From: Eledone cirrhosa
Taxonomy: Eukaryota
Direction: 5' to 3'
DNA length: 64,000 nucleotides
NCBI GenBank assembly: GCA_964016885.1
Contig: OZ024745.1
Location: forward strand, 89,962,001 to 90,026,000
Both the position numbers and the translations under genes were made by a program. Under the pieces are notes generated by a model. That model was not told the DNA's origin. It saw only the letters and a list, made by a program, of their open reading frames with translations, and did not search any database. Every line of letters starts with the position of its first letter. Positions within the stretch are counted from its first letter, which is position 1. This document shows positions 29,439 through 43,718 of this stretch, piece after piece.

Positions 29439-29644
29439 AACGAGTAGGACCCCGACGGCTGAGCTCAAGCCATTTCGACGGCTAATTCTGGACTAAAATC
29501 ATATTTTAGTCCAGAATTAGCCGTCGAAACGGCTTCAGCTCAGCCGTCGGGGTCCTACTCGTTCCTATTACCCACTCTACTACCCTTAGTATTGAGTACG
29601 TTGGTGCGTTATGGTCCACCTGGTTCCTTACCTCATTTCCTCCG

Positions 29645-29646
<2 letters not shown>
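29435..29646 (+). mobile_element. Small palindromic half-HHR element
   Basis: Arms taggaacgagtaggaccccgacgg...tctggactaaaat / attttagtccaga...ccgtcggggtcctactcgttccta. Confidence 0.78.
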
Positions 29647-29689
<43 letters not shown>

Positions 29690-29836
29690 TATATATACAT
29701 ATATACATATATACATATATATATATATGCATATATACATATATATATATATACTCACATATATATATATACATATATATATGTATATATATACATATAT
29801 ATGTACATATATATATGCATATATATATATATATAT

Positions 29837-29965
29837 AGGAAAATGATTAACCACGACGGCAGAGCTCATGACGTTTCGACGGCTATTTTTGGAGTCCAGA
29901 AATGAGTTCTGCCGTCGGTGTTAAACATTTTCCTATTACCCACTCTTAGTATTGAGTACTCTGGG
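29837..29965 (+). mobile_element. Palindromic half-HHR element, subfamily 2 (inverted partner at 30507-30680)
   Basis: Shares its internal junction (ggagtc..cagaaatgagttctgccgtcggtg) with the reverse complement of 30547-30680. Confidence 0.7.
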
Positions 29966-29983
29966 CTTAATTTGTGTTGTTGT

Positions 29984-30049
<66 letters not shown>

Positions 30050-30404
30050 CATATATACAGGTATATATTGTACCTTTTGATTTTTAATTTGTAATTTTAA
30101 TGTTGGTAAAGGTATATTATTATAATGTATTATGTTTACTGCATTGTGTTATATATAATTCCTGCTCTATATAATCAAATTTGTTTAGATTTAGGTTAGT
30201 TGCTTTGGACTATATTTGTAATATGGTTCTTAATGTTATCTACATCCTTAGTTATTCTTATTATTATATATTTTCATTATTTTTATTTTTATTTTTATTT
30301 TCATTTTTATTATCATATATTTTTGTAAGACTTTAGTGTATGCACACTCCATATTCTTCAGAGTTTCCGGCTTGTATCTGCCGATATTACTTCTTGTTGT
30401 TTTG

Positions 30405-30449
30405 ATTGCCCTGATGAGTCCTTAATAGGACGAAACATTGTCGGCTAAT
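30405..30449 (+). ncRNA. Canonical minimal type I hammerhead ribozyme
   Basis: gcc-CTGATGA-gtcct(taat)aggac-GAAAC-att-GTC-ggc followed by aataaa. Perfect core with three closed stems; predicted cleavage after C30442. Confidence 0.88.
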
Positions 30450-30506
30450 AAAAACTTTTGATGTATTAAAGGATTCTTTGTTTTACTCTCTTAATATATA
30501 TATATA

Positions 30507-30674
30507 TAACGAAGGAAATGTGGTAAGGAACCAGGTGGACCATAACGCACCAGAGTACTCAATACTTAGAGTGGGTAATAGGAAAATGTTTAACACCGAC
30601 GGCAGAACTCATTTCTGGAGGACTCCAAAAATATCCGTCGAAACGGCATGAGCTCTGCCGTCGGGGTTAAACAT

Positions 30675-30680
<6 letters not shown>
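30507..30680 (-). mobile_element. Palindromic half-HHR element, subfamily 2
   Basis: aacgaaggaaatgtggtaaggaaccaggtggacc tail as at 12221; GAAACGGCatgagctctGCCGTC. Confidence 0.72.
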
Positions 30681-30711
<31 letters not shown>

Positions 30712-30775
30712 TATATAATATATATTATATATATATATATATAATATATATATATATATAATATATATATATAAT

Positions 30776-30863
<88 letters not shown>

Positions 30864-30879
30864 ATATATATATATATAT

Positions 30880-30920
<41 letters not shown>

Positions 30921-31496
30921 ATATATATATATTGATCTTATTGACTGATGAATAGCTCTTGTTTATTTTAACATGTCTGTTGAGCACTCTGATTCGACAT
31001 GTGATAATTTGTATTGTTACATAATTTACACATCACCGAATTCTTTCGCTAATATAAGGGTTCCCTCCCTTGCTGAATACCATGTGCGTCATTCGGCTTC
31101 GGGCCCTTCTATACTGTGGAACTAAAGACTCGTTGATAAAGCTTTCCTTGTTCCCCTCTTCTCTATGAGCCTTATATATCTTTTATTGGGCTGATGGTGT
31201 TCAGATTAAGGAATTGCAGAAACCCAAGAAGCTAGATTTACCATCATTCTGGCGGGTCCGGGTAAGTTTTACATTCATTTAATTTATTAATTTATTGATA
31301 TTTTATTTGAGTGACCCGAATCTTCCTGGTCGTTTGTTTTCGGCTGCATGGGTGATTTTAGGCATGACCTCTATGTGTTGGTGTTTTAACGATAGTTATA
31401 GCTCTGATTTTTCCAAATTATTGAGCCCTCTGCCACATATATCGGATATTGTTTATCGTGATTTCGTGGGCTGAAATTCCGATTCTCGATTATTCT

Positions 31497-31584
<88 letters not shown>

Positions 31585-31780
31585 GTAATAATAATAAATT
31601 TGAAGACTAAAATCCAAAGAGGGCTCGATAAGGATAAATATATATCAAATATATAAGAACCGTAGAGCAAATATTTGCCAGGGAACGTTTCCACGAACCA
31701 AAGTATCGTCTTCCTGTCTTCCTCCGGTTGCAACGTTTTTTGAAATATCTAATTCTGCTATATATTATATATATATTATA

Positions 31781-31966
<186 letters not shown>

Positions 31967-31989
31967 TAATATATATATATATATAATAT

Positions 31990-32072
<83 letters not shown>

Positions 32073-32097
32073 TATATATATAATATATATAATATAT

Positions 32098-32127
<30 letters not shown>

Positions 32128-32129
<2 letters not shown>

Positions 32130-35100
32130 CGATATTAAATAAATGGAAACTATATTTATAAAACCATATTTATTTCATTATATATATTTCAGGGATATCA
32201 TATTAACAATATGCTATGCCTTCCTCAGACAAAATACAATATAGACAGTTTTATAGATAAATAGATTTGACATACCGTTCAACATCGACTTGTATTTGAA
32301 AAGTTGATTTGGCAGTGAAAAAAATTGTAAACAGAAAGAAAAAAAGTGAGAAAGAAGGAAAGAAAGAAAAGAAAGAAAGAAAACGAAGAAAAAGAAGAGA
32401 AAGAAGAAATGCATGTAACAAAATAGAGAGATGGAAAGATAGATAAAGAGAAGAACTTCATGTAAAGAAACAGAGAGAGATATATATAGAGAGAGGAAAT
32501 AGATAGACATAGATATATATAGAGAAAAGTGGGTAGTTATACATCCGTTGAATAAACGTATCAATGATACATTTATTTATTTATTTATTTATTTAGCTCT
32601 AGTATTAATGTAAGGGAGATATGTGTGGTTAGGAGAGAAACCAGCTGTTATATAGAGAGAAAAATGAAAAGTAACCAGACATAGGCGAGGCATAAAAACC
32701 CTATGTTTTAATGTAGAAGTATTAGTATGTATAAAAACCAGGCACTATAATGTAAATATCAGTATTCCTGAATGAGACACGTATCCATAATGTGTGAAAA
32801 GTAATGATCTTATGTTTAGTTTTAAAAATTCATATGTTTATATGATAACTACAAACATCAATGTGAATTTACGTGTACAACTCTGCAAATCCCAATTTCA
32901 TGGAGAACATTCTCATTGTGCTATAAAAATTTAAGTATACATATATGTGTATATATATACACATATATATAGAGTCTATATTAATTTTAACAATACTATT
33001 CTTGTCTTTACTCCACATGATTATCTATCAAGCAGAAATAGAGAACAGATTTCAATATATTAATAAAAATATCAGAAACAAAAACAAAAAATAATAACAA
33101 TAGTGATAATAAATAATAATAAAATAGAAAACTAAAAAATATTACGAAAAAATATTACATATTAAAAATAAAAATATAAATATTACAATAATAAAAATAA
33201 AAATAAACCACAAAGATTAACCCTTCAAAATTAATTGACAATATATTGCCAAGTTCATTATAAGCATCAGAGTCGAAAACAGATAAAGCTAAAAATTATT
33301 TATCAAATCGCGTCTAGCAAAAAACATTTCAAAAAGTTTAGGATGCCCATTTGGTCTACATGTCTCGGACTTAAACAAAGTTTTCAAATCTAAAAGAAAT
33401 CCACCCCCTAACAAACTTTTATCTGACTTTGAAAACGATATAATTTCTATCATACAAGGGGTCAAATTCAAGAGAAACTTCAAAGGCCGGGAATATCTGA
33501 AAGGCATTAAGGATAATATTGAGAGCTTAGAGAAAACTGAGAAGATCTTGGTGAAATCTGACAAGACCAACAACCTCTATGGAGTGCAGAAAGACATGTA
33601 TAATGGCCTCATACTGAAGGAACTGAGGAAAAAGTACAAGGTAGCAGATAAGGCCGAGCTTGAGAAAATGAATGTCGAAGCATCTTGTATAATGCACGAG
33701 TTGGAAATTGAGAACAGAACACAACCTTTCGTGCCCAGGAAACTGAAGATCAATATGAAAGATCATAAAAGGAATTTTGAAAATGACTTGCCTGTTAGAT
33801 TGATCGCACCATCAAAATCGGACCTGGGCAAATTAAGCAAAAACATTCTTGACAGGGTGATACAGCAAATTAAGAACTTGGATTGTTTACCTAACCTGAG
33901 CTTGTGGAAGGGAACCGGAGAGGTTGTTGAGTGGTTTAAGCAAATTAAATATAACAATAATAATAAGTTTATTCAACTTGATATTGCTAACTATTATTCT
34001 TCTATTACCCCTAATCTACTAAATAAGGCACTAAATTACGCATTCAAACATACAGACCTAACTAGCAATGAAATGCACATTATATTATCGGCTAGGAAAA
34101 CATTGATAGAATTTAATGACCAACTATGGACCAGAGCAGATAGAGATAGCAATTTTGACATTACTATGGGATCATCCGACTCAGCTCAGGTAACTGACCT
34201 TGTGGGCTTATTTTTAATCAATTCGCTACATAGGAAAATACCTGGTACTACCGGAGGTTTATATAGAGATGACATGCTTTTACTTATTAATAATAATAAC
34301 TCTGAACTAAATAGAAAAAGTAAACAAATTACACAATTTTTTTAATTACTTTAATCTTAAAATAGAAATTGAGAACAACCATAGAATAGTCAATTTCCTA
34401 GATATAACATTAAATCTCAACACATGTCTTCACTATCCTTTTCACAAGTTGAATGAAAACTTAAACTATGTCAGCTTTAACTCTAACCACCCCAGATCTG
34501 TCAAAAACACTATAGTAAATTCTGTTCAAAAACGTATCTCTAGAATCTCGTCTAATAGAAAGATTTTCGATGAAAAAGCCCAGTACTACAATGAAGCGTT
34601 AGCTAGAGCAGGATATAGTGATAAGATTATGTACATAGATAATGATAGACAAACTAAACAAAATAACAACTATTTTAATTACGGCAACAACCTTAACAAC
34701 TATAATAGAAAGCATTACAATAATTCCAAAAGCCAAAAAAGAAATAGAACTGGGAACATAATTTGGTTTGCCCCCCCTTTCTCACTAAACATTAAAACCC
34801 ACATCGCTAAACTATTTTTTAAAGCTCTTGATAATCGCTTCCCTAGAACACATAGGTATCACTCAATTTTCAATAGACATACTATAAAATTAACCTACTC
34901 ATCCACCAACAATTTAGCACAAAATATTAATAGAATAAATAATAGGAACTTAAAACCTAGTGGTAATAGCATAAATAATATACAAGTTAACAAATGTAAC
35001 TGTAGAGATAGATCTAAATGTCCGTTAAATAACAACTGCTTAGTTAAAAATATAATATACAATTGTAATGTTAAAACTGACTCTAATTCTTTTAACTACG

Positions 35101-36746
35101 TCGGTTCCACATCGACGGAATTTAAACTTCGCTATAATAACCACAAGAATTCTTTCACAGATCCAAGCAAAAAATCTTCAACAGCACTATCAGGCGTACT
35201 CTGGCAACTTAAGCTAGATAACGTTAGATATTCGACGGCTTGGAATATAGTCTCAAGAGGGATTCCTTTTAATTCATCCTCTGAGACATGAGACCTCTGC
35301 GCAGAGGAGATATTCTTTATACTAAAATCTAAAAATTCCCTTAATCTACGGACAAATTTATTCAGTTGCTGCAAACATAGATTAAACTCAACTTTTAAAT
35401 ATAAATTTAAATTTAAAATGTAGTATATTTGGTTTGATTTATAATTATTTGAGAAACTAGCCAATAAATCTTTCGATTTCTTCTTTTTATTCTTCTTTTT
35501 ATTTTTATTTTTATTTTTATTTAAACATTCTTCATGAAAAATTAAACTACCCTATAAGTTGATGCTCCAAATATTTCGAATAAACGTTACACTAGATAAA
35601 CTTCTATATTAAATATAAGAACACATGTAGACCAAATGGGCATCCTAAACTTTTTGAAATGTTTTTTGCTAGACGCGATTTGATAAATAATTTTTAGCTT
35701 TATCTGTTTTCGACTCTGATGCTTATAATGAACTTGGCAATATATTGTCAATTAATTTTGAAGGGTTGATCTTTGTGGTTTATTTTTATTTTTATTATTG
35801 TAATATTTATATTTTTATTTTTAATATGTAATATTAATTCGTAATATTTTTTAGTTTTCTATTTTATTATTATTTATTATCACTATTGTTATTATTTTTT
35901 GTTTTTGTTTCTGATATTTTTATTAATATATTGAAATCTGTTCTCTATTTCTGCTTGATAGATAATCATGTGGAGTAAAGACAAGAATAGTATTGTTAAA
36001 ATTAATATAGACTCTATATATATGTGTATATATATACACATATATGTATACTTAAATTTTTATAGCACAATGAGAATGTTCTCCATGAAATTGGGATTTG
36101 CAGAGTTGTTCACGTAAATTCACATTGATGTTTGTAGTTATCATATAAACATATGAATTTTTAAAACTAAACATAAGATCATTACTTTTCACACATTATG
36201 GATACGTGTCTCATTCAGGAATACTGATATTTACATTATAGTGCCTGGTTTTTATACATACTAATACTTCTACATTAAAACATAGGGTTTTTATGCCTCG
36301 CCTATGTCTGGTTACTTTTCATTTTTCTCTCTATATAACAGCTGGTTTCTCTCCTAACCACATATATCTCCCTTACATTAATACTAGAGCTAAATAAATA
36401 AATAAATAAATAAATGTATCATTGATACGTTTATTCAACGGATGTATAACTACCACTTTTCTCTATATATATCTATCTCTATCTATTTCCTCTCTCTATA
36501 TATATCTCTCTCTGTTTCTTTACATGAAGTTCTTCTCTTTATCTATCTTTCCATCTCTCTATTTTGTTACATGCATTTCTTCTTTCTCTTCTTTTTCTTC
36601 GTTTTCTTTCTTTCTTTTCTTTCTTTCCTTCTTTCTCTCTTTTTTTCTTTCTGTTTACAATTTTTTTACTCCAAATATTTGTTGAGTGCTTTTATATCAG
36701 TTATAAATATTTACTAGTTGTAACCCAACAATTTAAATATAACTTT

Positions 36747-36748
<2 letters not shown>
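32128..36748 (+). mobile_element. Naiad-type Penelope-like element, 5'-truncated, with ~1-kb inverted 3' copy
   Basis: 32321-33363 is the reverse complement of 35622-36665. HHR (CTGAGGA core) at 32171-32236(-). (AT)n on both flanks. Confidence 0.9.
33362..35423 (+). pseudogene. Nearly intact (N-terminally truncated) Naiad-type RT-GIY-YIG ORF; one T-run frameshift near 34340 and one in-frame TGA at 35289-35291
   Basis: VKSDKTNNLY, PVRLIAPSKSDLGKLSK, FIQLDIANYYSSI, FDITMGSSDSAQVTDLVGL, GLYRDDML, VNFLDITL, CNCRDRSKCPLNNNCL, IYNC..YVGSTSTEFKLRYNNH, LSGVLWQLK, SET*DLCAEE...NLRTNLFSCCKHR, then TAG at 35421-35423. Confidence 0.9.
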
Positions 36749-36799
<51 letters not shown>

Positions 36800-36805
<6 letters not shown>

Positions 36806-37323
36806 GAATTGTTAACTCAACTTAACATGGCATGACGTAAAGTTTTCATAATCTCCCTCTCTCTCTCTATATAACATTTCTCTCTCTTGAGTTTTTCTAT
36901 CTGTCTGTTGACTTAATATCTCTCTGTTGCTTTCCTATGTTTTTCTTATTTCTTCCTTTTTTCTTCTTTCTTCCTTTCCTCCTATCTTTACTTATCTCTT
37001 TCTTTTTTTCTCCATGCATCTTCTCTCTCTCCGATATTTCTCCACATTTTTTCTTTCTCTCCGTCTTTTTCTTTCTCTCCGTCTTTTTCTAATTGTCCTT
37101 AACACTATGACTTATTAAGTTGTATAAACTATTCACTATCCGGATGACTTCCAAAAACAATGATTGCACTTTAATAGGGTACGTCAAAGCTTATTTGTAA
37201 AACTGTTATATATTGTATGTTGTCTGATGAAGGCATACCATAATTTAATTTGGTATCCCTGAAATATGTATAATGAAATAGATATGGTTTTATAAATATA
37301 GTTTCCATTTATTAATATCGTAT
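36800..37323 (+). mobile_element. Naiad-family 3' tail/pLTR with HHR at 37216-37280
   Basis: tatgttgt-CTGATGA-aggcatacca/tggtatccct-GAAA-T-atgt-A-TA-atgaaata; ends aatatcgtat + (AT)n. Confidence 0.75.
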
Positions 37324-37326
37324 ATA

Positions 37327-37365
<39 letters not shown>

Positions 37366-37391
37366 TATATAATATATATATAATATAATAT

Positions 37392-37423
<32 letters not shown>

Positions 37424-37494
37424 ATATATATATATATACATAATATATATATGTATATATATATATATAATATATATATATATATATGTATATA

Positions 37495-38350
37495 TAATCC
37501 ACTGATGATTTATAAGCGCCCACCTAAATATATTCTTACATGAATATATGTTAGGCTTCTACAAAAACTGGAAACATTCTCCTAATTTGTAGAAAACTTA
37601 TAATGAAACAATTGTTTGGAAAGAGAGATATATGTTAACTTTAATTATATCTCATAAAATAATACAACTGGCTTTCCACATAATACATATAGTTAGCACC
37701 CCAAACACTTAAATTGGGTTTATACTAACATATAACCTAATGTTTGTTGAGTGAGATGGTTACCAGTCAGAGTTTAGCTTTAAGCTATCTCTGTTATTGT
37801 ATTAAATATTTTACTCTTGATTGGCCAGAGGTATTTATTTCCAGGTACCTTATAAATATGACTTTCCGTATTTATTACTGTTGTGCGATATGATGGTTTT
37901 TTGGTTGTCTCTTCTCTGTTTTTAGCCTAAGAAAATATATATATGCCTGTGTAAATAATTACATGCATACTTTTATTTTTTTAAATTAATTGAGTTCTTA
38001 ACACGTGGAATTGATATTAGTTTTGAAATAACTAATTAACCCACGTATATTTAATATTTTACTCTTAATTCGGCCAGAGATTTACATTCCCGATTGCCCT
38101 TTAAAGCGTAACTTTCCGTATTTACTACGGTTATGAAATGCGGTTTGTTATTCGGGTACGACTTCTGTTCTTAGCCTAAGAAAATATCTATATGCGTGTG
38201 TAATTAATACACGCATGCATTTATTTTTTTAATTTCAATTGAGTTCTTAACACGTTGGATTGATAATGTTTTTTGAAAAAACTAATTAACCCGCGTGAAT
38301 ATTATTTTTTCTTTTCTCGTGTATTGGTTGTCTCCCCTTCCCGCTTCGTG
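37495..38350 (+). mobile_element. Branched-stem-II HHR family copy (HHR 37498-37620), circularly permuted relative to 5505-6236, with a ~250-bp internal tandem repeat
   Basis: tcca-CTGATGA-tttataag...cttataat-GAAAC-aatt-GTT-tgga. ttagcctaagaaaata and ttgagttcttaacacgt motifs lie downstream here but upstream in the 5.5-kb copy. Confidence 0.7.
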
Positions 38351-38351
38351 A

Positions 38352-38551
38352 NNNNNNNNNNNNNNNNNNNNNNNNNNNNNNNNNNNNNNNNNNNNNNNNN
38401 NNNNNNNNNNNNNNNNNNNNNNNNNNNNNNNNNNNNNNNNNNNNNNNNNNNNNNNNNNNNNNNNNNNNNNNNNNNNNNNNNNNNNNNNNNNNNNNNNNNN
38501 NNNNNNNNNNNNNNNNNNNNNNNNNNNNNNNNNNNNNNNNNNNNNNNNNNN
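38352..38551. other. Assembly gap (200 N)
   Basis: Run of n. Confidence 1.
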
Positions 38552-39808
<1,257 letters not shown>

Positions 39809-40314
39809 TCTTCTATATATATAAAAGCGAGGATGTGTGTGTCTGTGGACAACTTTGGACAGGTAATCCTTTTACAATTCCCACGCAAATTTGACCAAAT
39901 GTTCTGTGCACGTTGCACCTGTTGCTAAGATGGTGTCATCACAAATTTTTTTTCAAATCCACCCACGTTGAGCAATAAAAAATCTATAGAAAAATTATTT
40001 TTTCTAAAGTGCATGCTGTAAGGTAGAAATAAATCAAAACAAAATCCTTATGGGACTTTCCATTCAAACTGTTGGGACCTATAACTTTTCAGCTGTAGCT
40101 TGCACATTTTTTGTCACTTGCGACAAAATTGTAGGTGTTTATTCTCTGCTCTACAAGGCTCATAAGCGAGCATCGATTTTCTTCTAAGTCAAATGCCTGT
40201 GTCAGCAAACCCATAAAAACTAAATCCTTATGAGATTTTCCATTCAATTTACTTCCTAGCTGTATATTCTTACCATAATTTCAAACCCCGGGCAACCCCT
40301 GGTAAATCTGCTAG
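39809..40314 (+). mobile_element. Non-autonomous Helitron
   Basis: A|TCttctatatatataaaagcg... 5' end; 3' GC-rich hairpin ccccgggcaacccctgg followed by CTAG|T; no TSD. Confidence 0.75.
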
Positions 40315-40822
40315 TGTGTATATATATGTATATATATATTGACCAATATTCCAAGACTTTAGTGAATTACGAAAGGAATTATTTAATACTCCAACTTTAC
40401 CAAATCAATTATACTGTGTGCGTAAATTAAATAATGTTTTGATAATCTCATTAAAAAACTATGCTAGTATCTCTTTCAAGATAGGTTTATATACCACCAC
40501 CGATATTTCTAAGCACTCCATATATATATATAATCCTGGTATGTGTATATGCATTTTTTCTTCTAACTTTAATTTTATACCTAATTGTGTATGGTTGACG
40601 GTATATTTAATCGATTTCCACGTGCTATTGAAATGTTGGGTAAATATTCTATAGCGGTTGACCGCGAATAGATGGCTGTCGTTTATTTATCTACTATTTC
40701 TTCATAGGTGCCTTTTAATCTCATAGCCTGGTTTAATTGGATTTTTGTGTGGTTGATTATGCTAATTGGGAGAGGAAATGGTGTATATATATTATCAAAT
40801 GATTCTATGGACATACTTTATA

Positions 40823-40881
<59 letters not shown>

Positions 40882-41529
40882 CTCGCGCATGCGTGTTATG
40901 CGCGTGTGTCTGTCAGTTTTGTTTCTGTTTAAAAGAAATATTCTGTCACATAATGGAAGGTGTGATACTTCTCATCTTATCTGTACTCTTATATCTAAAA
41001 ATGTATTTCTCGTATTCAATCCAACATTGTTTATTGTTGAGGTTCTAAGTTGGGTAAGTATTTTCCAGAGATGTTTCTCCGCAGTAAATTTTATGAAATG
41101 TGTGTGTGAGTGGAGACATTAGATTAGTTAACTTTAGTAATATTATAGTTATAATCCAGTAACAAGAACTAGGTTATTAAGGTAATTCAGAGTTGTACCC
41201 GAATCACCCGATGAGTTGTTCCCATATTTAGGACATTCTGTTTTGTTATTTTGTTGCTCTATTATATTATCTCTATTTAATGTCTAGTAATAAATTATTT
41301 GTCTGATCACACTCATTTAGTTGCTGCACTCATTCGAATATCTTTATTTTTATTTTTATTTCGTATTGTCTCAAACATATTCAGTCATTGCGGCCAATAC
41401 AAGAATGATTATAATTATTAATGTTGTTAGACTTATATAAAATCATATATACAACAAGACACCCTTTTTTAATACTACATTTAACCCTCTGTTGTATGGA
41501 AACACTCTGCTCACATGATTTGTTCCATG

Positions 41530-41676
41530 AGAAGAAGAAGAAGAAGAAGAAGAAGAAGAAGAAGAAGAAGAAGAAGAAGAAGAAGAAGAAGAAGAAGAAG
41601 AAGAAGAAGAAGAAGAAGAAGAAGAAGAAGAAGAAGAAGAAGAAGAAGAAGAAGAAGAAGAAGAAGAAGAAGAAGA
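41530..41676. repeat. (AAG)n microsatellite
   Basis: Directly visible. Confidence 0.98.
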
Positions 41677-41747
41677 AAAAACATTATTTGGTTAGTACTG
41701 CTTATTTTGGTGTTAAAATCCAAATTAAACTTTCTTTTGCTAATAAT

Positions 41748-41965
41748 GGTTTCGGATTTAGGCGCACAATGCCAACAATTTTGGGGGAAAGGGAAGGACG
41801 ATTAAACCACACCAGTGCATTACTGGTACTTTATTTTATCGACCGCGTAAGGATGAAAGGCAAAGCTAACTTCGGCAAGATTTGAACTCAGGATGTAAAA
41901 GGCCGTAAATATATACCGCTCGTACCTTGCCCGACGCTGTACCGATTCAGCCAACCAACCGCCCT
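41748..41965 (-). mobile_element. tRNA-derived SINE (first of a tandem pair)
   Basis: Family core aaggatgaaaggcaaag...tttgaactcag...ccaaccaaccgccc. Confidence 0.85.
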
Positions 41966-41982
41966 TCACTTTTGCTAATAAG

Positions 41983-42198
41983 GATTTCTACTATAGGCAC
42001 AAGGCCAGCGATTTATGGGCAACGGAAAGTTGATTAAATCGACCCCAGTACGTTACTAGTGTTTTATTTTATCGACCCCGCAAAGATGAAAGGCAAAGTT
42101 AACCTCGGTGAGATTTGAACTCAGATCATAAGGGGCTGTAACTCTATGCTGCGAAGCATGGCGTCCGACTCTCTATCGATTCTGCGAATCCACCGCCC
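41983..42198 (-). mobile_element. tRNA-derived SINE (second of a tandem pair)
   Basis: Family core; ends gaatccaccgccc. Confidence 0.87.
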
Positions 42199-42395
42199 TC
42201 CAGTTTTGCTAATAATAACTGCAAATTCAATAAAATAAGTATCATTTATTAATATGGTTGATAGATATGGCTTCATACCTTATCTAGGAAAACTGGCCCA
42301 GTACCTTGTTAAAAATATAATTATTTATTTCCAACTAACTTTCTTAACTATGTTCTTGTTTGACATTATTAGTTTTTTTATTTACTTATCAATCA

Positions 42396-42428
<33 letters not shown>

Positions 42429-43170
42429 CATTATTATTGTTGTTGTTGTGGTTGTCGTTATTTACATGATCATCATAAACATCATCATCATAGTCAATAT
42501 TATGATTCTTCTCATTCATATCATCATCATCAATCTCATTCATTTGGACATTAATATTCTATTATCTCATAGATTTCTCGTTGATTAACCCTTCAAGTTT
42601 TATTTAATTAAATTTTAACCACACTCACAGTAAGATATCTTATTCATTTAATATTCAGTGAAGAGTTGTGAAACAAAACAAATGCGTTAAATATAATATA
42701 TAAAATATATATCAGCAGAAACAAAGCAAAATGTTGTATCGATTTTGCAAATCAGAAATTGCCTGCAAACATTCTTACCTCAGACAATCTTGATAGATAT
42801 AAAAGTGAAGAAAAGGAAATTCACAAAATCTTTTCTAAAACGTATGCACGTCTTAAGGGGCGAGGATAATAACAAATGACACTTGTCATTTGTGCAATAG
42901 AAAGTTAAGCATCAAATCAAGTTCACACAGATTTAGATAAATCAAATGGTCAAGGTTCTGTTAATATAGTAATTAAATTCTTGTCTTGACTATATTTCAG
43001 AGTAGGATATTTCAAGGTATGTACTTTTGAAAAAGCAAATGTTTATGTGTTTCTATGTGTGTGTACATATTTGTATGTGTTTTCTACATTTATGTTGTAC
43101 CTAAGGTCTTATGCATTTGTACTAGTGTGTTTTAAGAACATGTATGATATATATATATATATATATGTAT

Positions 43171-43221
<51 letters not shown>

Positions 43222-43406
43222 TATGTGGCTGTGTATGTGTGTGTGCTCCTGCATGCCTGTGTTTAATAACCGTTCTAAAAAAATATGTGTTACTAAGTGC
43301 ACATATATATACATATATATATATATATGTATATATATTAATATATATATATACGTATATATATATTTATATATACATATATATATATATTTATATATGT
43401 ATATCA

Positions 43407-43448
<42 letters not shown>

Positions 43449-43540
43449 CAATATATACATATGTGTATGTATATGTATATTTATGCATGTTTATATATAT
43501 AAGCAGCGATTCTTTGCTTAAACTTTAATCTGTTATTTTA

Positions 43541-43587
<47 letters not shown>

Positions 43588-43718
43588 ACACCATGGATGT
43601 CTAGTTGAATATTATAAAACTTTTAACGATCACTTCTTCGTCGATACATTGAATAAGTGGTTGCTTCACTTCATTGATTTTCATTCTTTATTCATTAATA
43701 TATTGATTAATTTTTCAT

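Noticed and set aside
30940-31010. CTGATGA as a hammerhead core (also at 23425 and CCGATGA near 41208)
   Set aside because: No properly placed GAAA and closing stems found; at most decayed remnants.
35534-35564. SECIS element for the Naiad TGA
   Set aside because: The ATGA...GA spacing gives only about 6 bp of helix II; not convincing without SECISearch.
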